This document shows positions 43,549 to 50,912 of a stretch of 50,912 nt of DNA, one piece after another. Numbering within the stretch: the stretch's first letter is position 1; the number at the start of each line of letters is the position of its first letter. This DNA comes from Patescibacteria group bacterium (GTDB taxonomy: Bacteria > Patescibacteriota > Minisyncoccia > Phycocordibacterales > 21-14-all-36-13). The stretch spans positions 18,714 through 69,625 of the forward strand of contig JBBTPZ010000002.1 in the NCBI GenBank assembly GCA_038065915.1. The letters run 5' to 3'. The notes beneath the pieces were generated by a model, which did no database searches, had not been told where the DNA came from, and worked only from the letters and a program-made list of their open reading frames with translations. The translations under genes were made by a program, and so were the position numbers.

Positions 43549-44364
43549 TTAAAATAAAGAATTTTTTTCTGAATTCTCATTTTTGTCTCTTACATTAAAT
43601 TTTTTATGTCTTTCAACTACTTCCACCGCGGAATCTCTGTAAGGACAATAATCACATCTCTTTCCTTCTTTCGGAATTCTATTATCTATTAAACATTTTT
43701 TCATATCAACCAAAACTTTCTCAATCCAATTTAAATTTTCAGATTTGTAAGGAATAATTTTTACATCAAATTCTAATCTTGCATCAAAAGCAGCTCTATC
43801 TTTTTTACCGTTTGCATAAACAAAATAACCTGTGTCAGAGACCTTAAATCCATTATTTATAAAAAGCCATCTATATATTTCCATTTGTCTTTTGTACCCG
43901 TCTTGCCATTCAGCATCCAAGTTTACTTCATCGTCTTTACTTGTCGCTTTGTAATCAACAATGTGAAGTTCCTTTTTGAAATTTATCCAAACATCGTCAA
44001 TTGCTCCAAAAATTAAAAAATTTGTTTTTTTGTGCAAAAATTGGATTCCTTTAAAGTTATTTCTCCACTCATTTATTTTTTCATTTTGAAAAGGAACTGC
44101 ATCTATTTTGTATGCTTTCATCATTGGATGAGTTGTTTCATTTGCTCTATGGATATCAAATTCTTTTTTTAGAAGTGCATCCACGGCGCTATTTAATGCA
44201 AACGGAAATCCGGGCGGTCTTCCAACTCCAAGTCGTCTGTCTAAATAGAAACACCTCGGACACTCAACAAACAAATCTATTTTTGACCTGCTCAATTTAA
44301 AAGATTCTTTTGAGTCAGGGTCAAATAAATTTCTAGTTCTTAATGAATTATAGTATTCGGACAT
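43549..44364 (-). CDS. PD-(D/E)XK nuclease, Cas4/RecB-like, with Cys pairs
   Basis: CPRC near the N-terminus, GAIDD..IVDYK core and CDYC near the C-terminus. Start set at the ATG lying 6 nt after TGtTATAAT. Confidence 0.7.
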   Translation of the reverse strand: MSEYYNSLRTRNLFDPDSKESFKLSRSKIDLFVECPRCFYLDRRLGVGRPPGFPFALNSAVDALLKKEFDIHRANETTHPMMKAYKIDAVPFQNEKINEWRNNFKGIQFLHKKTNFLIFGAIDDVWINFKKELHIVDYKATSKDDEVNLDAEWQDGYKRQMEIYRWLFINNGFKVSDTGYFVYANGKKDRAAFDARLEFDVKIIPYKSENLNWIEKVLVDMKKCLIDNRIPKEGKRCDYCPYRDSAVEVVERHKKFNVRDKNENSEKNSLF

Positions 44365-44370
44365 TAGTTT

Positions 44371-44379
44371 ATTATAACA
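44371..44379 (-). promoter_or_regulatory. extended -10 TGtTATAAT, 6 nt before the ATG (leaderless-type)
   Basis: ATTATAACA on the + strand. Confidence 0.45.
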
Positions 44380-44470
44380 TAATAAATTCATCATAAAATC
44401 ACTAAATCCATGAAACCATAAAAGCAATCTACTCTCTTATTCAATTGAATGGTTGTATAGGTAAAAATCC

Positions 44471-44499
44471 TTGACAGACAAATCGTTTAGATATATAAT
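44471..44499 (+). promoter_or_regulatory. consensus promoter TTGACA-N17-TATAAT
   Basis: -35 at 44471-44476, -10 at 44494-44499. Confidence 0.7.
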
Positions 44500-44573
44500 A
44501 TATTGTAGAAAATAAAGGCAGTTTTTTGAGTCAAAAATAAATATTTTTCAATTAAATTTCCCAGGAGGAAAAA

Positions 44574-44996
44574 ATGAGCAGAAAAACTTCTATATTCGTG
44601 ATGACCATTATTGTTGTTCTCTTTATTGCAATAATAGTAAATGATAATTATACAAAAAAAAGGTCAAACAAAGAAAATATTCCAGGGTCTACAAAAAAAT
44701 CTGAAATGGTTGCACATTACGGAAAATCAGCAGAAGTAGAACTTCTGAAAATTGATGATAACAACTGGCAATTAGTTAACTACAATGGTTACTTTGTAAC
44801 CATTCGTCGTGTGACAATCTCATTGGCGTATGGTGCAGGAGAAACAACGGTGTCAGTTCAAAGAATTGGAGCAAAAGGAAGTATCAACTTTAAAAACCTT
44901 AATCATTCAGACGGTTTTTATATTTACGATAGTTATGGAGCTCTTTCTGGTTGGTTGAGAGCCGACGAGATTCATTATCTTACGGAACCTCTCTAG
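44574..44996 (+). CDS. hypothetical membrane-anchored/secreted 140-aa protein
   Basis: AGGAGG SD, N-terminal TM span, own promoter and terminator. Confidence 0.6.
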   Translation: MSRKTSIFVMTIIVVLFIAIIVNDNYTKKRSNKENIPGSTKKSEMVAHYGKSAEVELLKIDDNNWQLVNYNGYFVTIRRVTISLAYGAGETTVSVQRIGAKGSINFKNLNHSDGFYIYDSYGALSGWLRADEIHYLTEPL

Positions 44997-45002
44997 ATTA
45001 AG

Positions 45003-45032
45003 CCGGTACATTTTGTTATGTACCGGTTTTTT
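45003..45032 (+). terminator. intrinsic terminator
   Basis: CCGGTACAT-TTTGTT-ATGTACCGG plus T6. Confidence 0.8.
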
Positions 45033-45042
45033 ATTTTGTTCT

Positions 45043-45086
45043 AAAAGTCGCCGTATCTCTGCTATCGCAAAGATACGGCGACTTTT
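45043..45086. repeat. family A hairpin (stem class GTCGCC)
   Basis: AAAAGTCGCCGTATCTCTGCTATCGCAAAGATACGGCGACTTTT. Confidence 0.9.
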
Positions 45087-45123
45087 GTTATTAAATTTTG
45101 AATTGTAGATTTGAGATTTTTTA

Positions 45124-45162
45124 ATCTGCGTTCATCTGCGCTTGTTATCTGCGTTTATCTGC
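45124..45162. repeat. ATCTGCG short direct repeats x4 (10-12 nt period)
   Basis: Contains the 17-mer ATCTGCGTTCATCTGCG, also found inside mnmA at 48386-48402. Confidence 0.85.
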
Positions 45163-45180
45163 AAATTTGCTGGAAGCAAA

Positions 45181-45810
45181 TTAACGGGGCATCCCAGAAG
45201 TAGTTTTAAATGTAGTAATTAAATCTTTCTTGATCACGGAATCTTTTATAGGCAAATCTTTTGTGTGGTCAAAAATTCTATCACCATCGTCTTTCAAAAG
45301 CTTCACATAATATGTTGAATCCCCAGAAGTACTTCGGAGCAAACTAATTTCTTGTTTTTCAAACGAACCCGCATCAAAAACTCCTGCACCAAGAATATTT
45401 CCCGGCTCACCGTTCACATCTTCGTAAATAGTAACCCAAACAGTTTCTTCTAAACTAAGTTTTGAAATAATTACACTATCACCGAATGGCTGGTTTTCAA
45501 CAACAATTGTATCTTTGCCAAAAGAAGTTTCTTCGTTAATATTTTTATTATTTAAAACATTTGTGTTTTCTGTAGTTTTTATTTCTTCAATTTTATTTTT
45601 TGATATAAAATTTTTTATTCCATCTCCAAAAATATAAGATGCTACAAATCCTATTACAAAAAATATTATTCCAACTGTGATTATTTTTCTCATTTCGTTA
45701 TTTCGGTTTTTATTTAAACCTTCAATACCACCATTTTGTATGTATTCTTTATTTGCTTCGTTTACACTAAAACTATCTTTTGTGTTGGACTTGTTCCTGC
45801 TGATATTCAT
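45181..45810 (-). CDS. hypothetical membrane-anchored protein (209 aa)
   Basis: One TM span IITVGIIFFVIGFVASYIF followed by a beta-rich C-terminal domain. Confidence 0.6.
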   Translation of the reverse strand: MNISRNKSNTKDSFSVNEANKEYIQNGGIEGLNKNRNNEMRKIITVGIIFFVIGFVASYIFGDGIKNFISKNKIEEIKTTENTNVLNNKNINEETSFGKDTIVVENQPFGDSVIISKLSLEETVWVTIYEDVNGEPGNILGAGVFDAGSFEKQEISLLRSTSGDSTYYVKLLKDDGDRIFDHTKDLPIKDSVIKKDLITTFKTTSGMPR

Positions 45811-45867
45811 AGATAGAATTTAATTATACAAACAAAATAAAAAATGTCTAATTAATAAAATATTGGG

Positions 45868-46779
45868 CTAAGGTCGTCTTTTTGTTTTCAATACGCCCTC
45901 TACCTCTCTCAAAATACGTTCAATTCTTATGTCTTTTATTCCTATTTTTCTTAACAATTCATTATTTTCTAACAAAGATTTACAAAGAATAATCCCCTGT
46001 TCAAAAAGAATCCTTTTTTCTTGATTTGTTAGGTTTGTCAAAATTGTTAATGGAAGAAGGTTCAAATCTTCAAGTAAGTCCTGCAAATTTCCTTCATTCG
46101 GATATCCCCATCCTATCATTGTAATTCCATTACATCTCCCATAAATTATCGCATTTTTTGTAAACTTTGTGTTTGTAACCAGCCAATATTTAGGAGAAAG
46201 ATTTTCGGGTTTTTTACCATCAAAATTGCCTTTCGCTAAATCCTTACATCTTGCATCAACATAGAGGGCAACTTTTAAGTCGGATTTGACACCGCTGGTA
46301 TTATGAAATTTTGCTTCACATATTATAAAATCTTTTTCATTTTTTGCTAAAACGTCTATTTCGTGCTCAACACAACGTCCGTTCATTATTAAATCGGTTT
46401 CAGTTTTATAACCTTTTTCTTTCAATATTTCGGATATGAGTAATTCAAAAGGAAAACCGCTTGGGCCCATTTCTGAAAGAGCTCTTTTTAAAGAATATCT
46501 TGACGCAACTGGTTCTGATTTTTCTCCGAGTATTCGAAAGGCTCTGTGATAAATATAAGAAGTTTTCATCCCATCTTGAATTTCTTTTTCAATTTGTTTC
46601 ATTACTTCATCACAAAGTTCTTTCGTGGCACCAGATTTTTGAAGCGAGCTAATTAATTTTGATGGGTCAAAAAATTCTAAAGTTCCATCTGCTTTTTTAA
46701 TTGTTATATTTTCCACGTTTTTTAAAAACTTATTCAATAATAGTTTCTTTACTAATTTCAAGTTTAATTGGTTTATCAT
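45868..46779 (-). CDS. ATP-cone domain fused to a restriction-endonuclease-like (Mrr/PD-(D/E)XK) domain
   Basis: ITIKKADGTLEFFDPSKLISSLQKSG (ATP-cone) and HEIDVLAKNEKDFIICEAKFH (D..E.K). Start uncertain: ATG 46779 or GTG 46716. Confidence 0.7.
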   Translation of the reverse strand: MINQLNLKLVKKLLLNKFLKNVENITIKKADGTLEFFDPSKLISSLQKSGATKELCDEVMKQIEKEIQDGMKTSYIYHRAFRILGEKSEPVASRYSLKRALSEMGPSGFPFELLISEILKEKGYKTETDLIMNGRCVEHEIDVLAKNEKDFIICEAKFHNTSGVKSDLKVALYVDARCKDLAKGNFDGKKPENLSPKYWLVTNTKFTKNAIIYGRCNGITMIGWGYPNEGNLQDLLEDLNLLPLTILTNLTNQEKRILFEQGIILCKSLLENNELLRKIGIKDIRIERILREVEGVLKTKRRP

Positions 46780-47173
46780 TTATAGTAGAACTAACAAGCG
46801 CCTCTTTACTTGCTTGAAAAATAATTCTGAATTTTTTTTCTGTGATAACTTGCGCACAAATTTCTGTGGTTTTATCTTCTTCTATTGTAAATCTAATTGT
46901 AACATCTTCCGGAAAGGATTCTTTTACAACTGCATCCACACTCATTCTATAACACGGCGTTGGAAATATAATTGTGCCTGTGTAATCATGTAAACCACTT
47001 TTAAAATTATGTTCCGCCGTTATTAAATTAATAAAAGAAAAATCTTTTTGTGGGTCTTCTGTTTTTTTATCGGATTGAAAAACATTACTAAAAACGGCGA
47101 CAAAAATAATTATAACTATTATTAATGTAAAAATTAAAATTTGTTTTTTGTTTTCTTTATTATAAAAATCCAT
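46730..47173 (-). CDS. hypothetical membrane-anchored protein (147 aa)
   Basis: N-terminal TM span ILIFTLIIVIIIFVAVF. Confidence 0.6.
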   Translation of the reverse strand: MDFYNKENKKQILIFTLIIVIIIFVAVFSNVFQSDKKTEDPQKDFSFINLITAEHNFKSGLHDYTGTIIFPTPCYRMSVDAVVKESFPEDVTIRFTIEEDKTTEICAQVITEKKFRIIFQASKEALVSSTINDKPIKLEISKETIIE

Positions 47174-47217
47174 TATTTTATTGTTTATATTTTAACATGC
47201 ATAAAGAAAATAAAAAT

Positions 47218-47242
47218 AGTGCGTTAGTTTACTAACGCACTA
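47218..47242 (-). terminator. intrinsic terminator
   Basis: TAGTGCGTTAG-TAAAC-TAACGCACTA followed by a T-rich tract on the minus strand. Confidence 0.7.
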
Positions 47243-47251
47243 TCTAGAAAA

Positions 47252-47530
47252 TTAGAATCTATTTCTGAAAACTAATTTTTCTTTCTTCGTCCAGCTCATA
47301 ACTACAACTGTAGAAATTGTTGAGCCGAAAAAAATCATCAGGCCAGAAATAAAGAGCCAAAAAATTGGGATTGAAATAACAATTAAACCTACAAAAGAAA
47401 GTATGATTATGACCAGTAAACAAAAACTAGAAAAAAATTCCTTTTCTCTCATGTGTGGTTCAAAGCCGAGAGAAATACCAAAGAAAACACAAATTATTAT
47501 AAAAGTAATTGGTGATATTAAATCGTTCAT
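47252..47530 (-). CDS. small 3-TM membrane protein (92 aa)
   Basis: AGGAGA SD 7 nt before the ATG; own terminator. Confidence 0.6.
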   Translation of the reverse strand: MNDLISPITFIIICVFFGISLGFEPHMREKEFFSSFCLLVIIILSFVGLIVISIPIFWLFISGLMIFFGSTISTVVVMSWTKKEKLVFRNRF

Positions 47531-47644
47531 TTAGATTTCTCCTAAATTTATTTCAAAATAACTATTTAATTTATGAAGAATTATACACCTATAAAATAAA
47601 TATGTCAATCCCATTAGAAGTTCCGTGAAAATAAATACTTTCTT

Positions 47645-47700
47645 TAGAATGTTTTACTTTGTAATTTTATATTGTCATTTTTCACTTTGAATTTTTCATT
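47645..47700. repeat. family D-related fragment (TTGTCATTTTTCACTTTGAATTTTTCATTTT)
   Basis: Contains the mnmA TGA stop. Confidence 0.6.
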
Positions 47701-48880
47701 TTAAATTTTTTATAACTCCTCCTCCTAAACATTCTTCTCCATCATACAAAACAACTGACTGACCGAGAGCAACTGCTTTCTGTTTTTCATCAAAAATTAT
47801 AAAAGTTTTTTCTTTTTTATACTGAACAAAACAACTTTGAAGTGGTTGACGATATCTTATTCTCCCTAAATATTTTTTACTTTCATTTGGTTTTTCCCCA
47901 GAAACCCAGTTTATATTTTGTATTTCTATTTTATTTGAATTATAAAGTGAAGATTCTTTTTCATCTCCTTCTCTTACAACAAGAGTATTATCATCTATAT
48001 TTTTTGAAATTATGTAATAAGGTTTTTGGTCCGGTTTCTTTTTAATAATTGTAAATCCGTGTCTTTGTCCTATTGTATAAAAGAACGCTCCTTCGTGATT
48101 CCCTATTATTTCTCCTTTTTCATTTAAAACATTCCCCTCTTTTTCTTTAACAAAATTTTTCAAAAATTCTTTCATTTGAATTTTCCCAATAAAACAAACA
48201 CCCTGGCTATCTTTCTTTTTAGCTGTCGCCAGATTATTTTCTTTAGCTATTTTTCTAACTTCACTTTTTTCTAAATCTCCAACCGGAAAAAGTGTATATT
48301 TCAATTGTTCTTGATTCAGTGTCCACAAAAAATATGATTGGTCTTTTTCTTTATCAACTCCCGCATACATTTTGTAAAACATATCATCTGCGTTCATCTG
48401 CGGTTTTTTATCTGCGTTAATCTGCGTCGTCTCTAGACGAGCGTAGTGTCCTGTCGCAATCGTGTCTGCTCCCATTTCTTTTGCTTTATCTAAAAACGCT
48501 CCAAATTTTATATTTTTATTACACATCACATCCGGATTTGGAGTTCTGCCTTTTTTATATTCTTCAATCATGCAATCGGCAACTTCTTTTTTATATTCTT
48601 TTTCAAAATCAAAAGTCAAAAAAGGTATGTTTAGTTGTGCGCAAATTTTCATTGCGTCATTTCTTTCTTTTTTCCAATCACACTCTAAAAAATCTGGATG
48701 CCAAACTTTTATAAAAACACCTGTTATGTCATATCCTTTTTCTTTCAACAGAAAAGCGGAAACGGATGAATCAACGCCACCCGATATTGCTACAAATATT
48801 TTTCTTGTCTCGAGCTTGCTTGCGGTGAGCTCGTCGAATCCGTCGAGAGATTTGTCTTTATTTAAAATCATGTTTGACAA
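47696..48880 (-). CDS. mnmA: tRNA 2-thiouridine(34) synthase
   Basis: AISGGVDSSV PP-loop, TGHYAR and KDQSYFL. Carries a repeat-derived insertion (see 48386-48427). Confidence 0.93.
   Translation of the reverse strand: MSNMILNKDKSLDGFDELTASKLETRKIFVAISGGVDSSVSAFLLKEKGYDITGVFIKVWHPDFLECDWKKERNDAMKICAQLNIPFLTFDFEKEYKKEVADCMIEEYKKGRTPNPDVMCNKNIKFGAFLDKAKEMGADTIATGHYARLETTQINADKKPQMNADDMFYKMYAGVDKEKDQSYFLWTLNQEQLKYTLFPVGDLEKSEVRKIAKENNLATAKKKDSQGVCFIGKIQMKEFLKNFVKEKEGNVLNEKGEIIGNHEGAFFYTIGQRHGFTIIKKKPDQKPYYIISKNIDDNTLVVREGDEKESSLYNSNKIEIQNINWVSGEKPNESKKYLGRIRYRQPLQSCFVQYKKEKTFIIFDEKQKAVALGQSVVLYDGEECLGGGVIKNLK
48386..48427. repeat. ATCTGCG short direct repeats x4, in frame inside mnmA
   Basis: Copies at 48386, 48396, 48410 and 48420 encode ..TQINADKKPQMNAD.. 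Confidence 0.85.
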
Positions 48881-48931
48881 AAATGATAAAATTATATATT
48901 ATACAAACTAGAAAAATTCTTTGGAGGTATT

Positions 48932-49141
48932 ATGACTTTTTGGAATTACTTCGCTGAAATATCAAATATTCCTGTACTAATCGTCTTGTTTTGCTTTTCG
49001 GTGGGAATATTTTATTCTTGTGAAAAATGGATAAAAATGATTTTGCGTTTTTTGTTCAAAGTTTCACTTCTTCCTATCTATATTGCCTTTATTATTTTAT
49101 TTGCTTTCGGAATTAAAAAAATAAGAAGTAAAAATTTGTGA
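48932..49141 (+). CDS. small 2-TM membrane protein (69 aa)
   Basis: GGAGG SD 4 nt before the ATG; own terminator. Confidence 0.55.
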   Translation: MTFWNYFAEISNIPVLIVLFCFSVGIFYSCEKWIKMILRFLFKVSLLPIYIAFIILFAFGIKKIRSKNL

Positions 49142-49144
49142 TTT

Positions 49145-49166
49145 AATGCCCTTCGGGGCATTTTTT
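49145..49166 (+). terminator. intrinsic terminator with UUCG loop
   Basis: AATGCCC-TTCG-GGGCATT plus a T-run. Confidence 0.8.
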
Positions 49167-49203
49167 ATTATTTTAGCGAGTAAACATAATTTTATAAATA
49201 AAA

Positions 49204-49240
49204 ATTATGGATTCAAAAGCTCATTCATCGCTTTTGAATT
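49204..49240. repeat. family B hairpin overlapping the trmD 3' end
   Basis: ATTATGGATTCAAAAGC-TCATTCATC-GCTTTTGAATT encodes ..SKAMNELLNP*. Confidence 0.85.
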
Positions 49241-49873
49241 TCTCCACTTTTCTATGTTTTTATGATTTCCAGAAAGCAAAATTTTTGGGACACTCCATTT
49301 TTTACCATTGAATTTAAAAATCTCCGGCCTTGTATACATTTCACTACTTGATGTTCTGTTTTCTTCTATTGATTCCAAATTACCCAAAACTCCGTGGACT
49401 TGTCTTGATACTGAGTCAATCACAACCATTGCGGGAATCTCCCCACCAGTAAGGATATAATCTCCGATTGAAATTTCTTCAGCTCTAAATATTTTTCTTA
49501 CTCTTGCGTCTATCCCCTCGTAGCGACCACAAATCAAAATTAAATTTTTATATTTTGAAAATTTTTTTGCTTTCAAATTAGTGAATTTTATACCGCTCGG
49601 AGAAAAAATTATTATTTTTGTGTTTTTATTATTTTTTGTCTTTCCTATAATTTTTTTAATTGCTTTCGTTAGTGGTTCAACTTGCATTATCATTCCCGGA
49701 CCACCTCCATATGGTTTTGCATCAACTTTTTTATGTTTATCTGTAGAAAAATCTCTCGGGTTATACACACTCACTTTTATTTTTTTCTCTTTTTGGGCAT
49801 GTTTAAGAATGGACTCCTCTAAATATGAATCCAATGCGTTCGGAAATATGCTTAAAACATGAAAATGAATCAT
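49205..49873 (-). CDS. trmD: tRNA (guanine37-N1)-methyltransferase
   Basis: FHVLSIFPN, YGGGPGMIM and GRYEGIDARV. Confidence 0.95.
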   Translation of the reverse strand: MIHFHVLSIFPNALDSYLEESILKHAQKEKKIKVSVYNPRDFSTDKHKKVDAKPYGGGPGMIMQVEPLTKAIKKIIGKTKNNKNTKIIIFSPSGIKFTNLKAKKFSKYKNLILICGRYEGIDARVRKIFRAEEISIGDYILTGGEIPAMVVIDSVSRQVHGVLGNLESIEENRTSSSEMYTRPEIFKFNGKKWSVPKILLSGNHKNIEKWRNSKAMNELLNP

Positions 49874-49948
49874 TTTATAAGTCTAAAGGCCGTGACATTA
49901 GAATATCACGGCCCCTAGTTTATGTCTCTTTAAAAAATTGAGATTAAA

Positions 49949-50269
49949 TTATGCTTTCAAATCTTCCATTGCCCTGTCAACCTCTTCAGACGCTGAACTT
50001 ACTCTTGGTGTTCTTTTTACACCGTCTTTTGGTTCATTAATCTTTAGATTTACTCTTGCGTGGTTTTTCATACCAACAACTCTTAACAATGTTCTGATTG
50101 ATTTAGCCGTATTACCATTGCGACCAATAACTTTACCCATATCTTCAGGATTTACATCCAGAGTAATAAGCACACCCATTTCGTCAACTACCCTATCAAT
50201 TTTTACATCTTTAGGATAATCAACCAATGCCTTAATAACATACTCTAGAAATTCTTTATCTTGTTCCAT
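49949..50269 (-). CDS. KH-domain RNA-binding protein (UPF0109/YlqC-like) with C-terminal extension
   Basis: MGKVIGRNGNTAKSIRTLLRVVG (GxxG KH motif). Position between rpsP and trmD. Confidence 0.85.
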   Translation of the reverse strand: MEQDKEFLEYVIKALVDYPKDVKIDRVVDEMGVLITLDVNPEDMGKVIGRNGNTAKSIRTLLRVVGMKNHARVNLKINEPKDGVKRTPRVSSASEEVDRAMEDLKA

Positions 50270-50320
50270 TTTATCTTTATCAAATAACTATTAATCTAAT
50301 ATAGTCCACCAATGTGAGAT

Positions 50321-50349
50321 GGAAAACAGCGCGACCTATCATGCTGTTC
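50321..50349 (-). terminator. hairpin after rpsP
   Basis: GAACAGC-ATGATAGGTCGC-GCTGTTTTCC on the minus strand. Confidence 0.55.
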
Positions 50350-50431
50350 TAAAAATAATTATGCCTGATTTAGAAAAAAAAAGCAACCACAAGAGTTGTT
50401 TATAGTTGACGAATATTATTTGAACAAAACT

Positions 50432-50815
50432 TTATTCTTTTGGGGCCCCTTCTACTGCCTCAGTATTTATTGACGACTCAGAAATAGTGGGTGTTTCTAT
50501 TTTAATTTCTTTTTTTTGTTTCGTTTTTTCTGTTGCCTTTTTACCAACTTTTTTAGAAGAGACATCTTTCTTTTTTCCTTCAATAATTTTTTCTGCAATA
50601 AAAATATTGTGAACGGTATCAGAAACTTGCGCTCCTTTTGAAATCCAATATTTAACACGCTCAGTATTAACTATTTTAGTATCCTTTCTTGGGTTGTATG
50701 AACCGATATTTTCTAGATATTTTCCACTTTTAGGACCACGGAAATCCTCCGTCACAACAATTCTGTATGACGGGTCATGTTTTCTACCAACTCTTTTTAA
50801 TCTAATTTTTAACAT
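50432..50815 (-). CDS. rpsP: 30S ribosomal protein S16 with Lys-rich C-terminal extension
   Basis: MLKIRLKRVGRKHDPSYRIVV. Confidence 0.95.
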   Translation of the reverse strand: MLKIRLKRVGRKHDPSYRIVVTEDFRGPKSGKYLENIGSYNPRKDTKIVNTERVKYWISKGAQVSDTVHNIFIAEKIIEGKKKDVSSKKVGKKATEKTKQKKEIKIETPTISESSINTEAVEGAPKE

Positions 50816-50825
50816 TTAGAAAAAT

Positions 50826-50854
50826 ATCTTAGCAAAATAGCTGCCCGCAGTCAA
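50826..50854 (-). promoter_or_regulatory. promoter TTGACT-N17-TAAGAT, 10 nt before the rpsP ATG
   Basis: AGTCAA at 50849-50854 and ATCTTA at 50826-50831 on the + strand. No SD. Confidence 0.55.
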
Positions 50855-50912
50855 ATTTGACTTATTTATAAATCAGTGTATGAAAAAATCTGGAAGATAA
50901 TTACCAAAAAAG

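Noticed and set aside
1-50912. tRNA, rRNA, tmRNA and RNase P genes
   Set aside because: Scanning the GC-rich patches on both strands revealed only hairpins, with no cloverleaf-compatible or conserved-motif segments.

Overview
Strongly AT-rich, gene-dense window. All housekeeping genes and most of the ~61 supported protein genes lie on the minus strand. In window order: M23 peptidase, gltX, NYN protein, murG-ftsW-mraY (no murD), a D-Ala-D-Ala carboxypeptidase, scpB/scpA, aspS, trpS, glyQS, and a translationally coupled SDR / beta-helix / histidine-kinase operon. A ~5 kb accessory islet (21.0-26.2 kb) holds small genes with leaderless-type promoters, two His-rich paralogs, plsC and an XRE-DUF4065 + RelE/HigB-like TA pair. 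Then dnaJ-dnaK-grpE, rpsI-rplM, rplQ-rpoA-rpsD-rpsK-rpsM-rpmJ-infA, an FtsA-like ATPase, alaS, an M16 peptidase, UDG family 4, pcm, a Cas4-like nuclease, an ATP-cone nuclease, mnmA, trmD, a KH protein and rpsP. Domain-reduced AspRS and AlaRS, missing murD and rimM, 182-aa PaaX-like paralogs and scarce Shine-Dalgarno sites suggest a Patescibacteria/CPR (Parcubacteria-like) chromosome; this is inference. I recognised no rRNA, tRNA, CRISPR array, transposase or integrase. The most unusual property is the intergenic space. At least eight families of hairpin or palindromic repeats, several with covarying stems, fill nearly every spacer. They repeatedly supply start codons, stop codons, C-terminal tails and one in-frame insertion of housekeeping genes. 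Best candidate for an undescribed system: two paralogous Cas2-fold/PaaX-like genes, each bracketed by conserved-core hairpin repeats, one with a locus-specific stem class (REPtron-like architecture without a RAYT). Other candidates are two tandem promoter-to-terminator small RNAs, the His-rich small-protein module with a triplicated promoter, and an orphan 7TM histidine kinase coupled to two enzymes. All functional calls rest on motifs read by eye; no database search was run.
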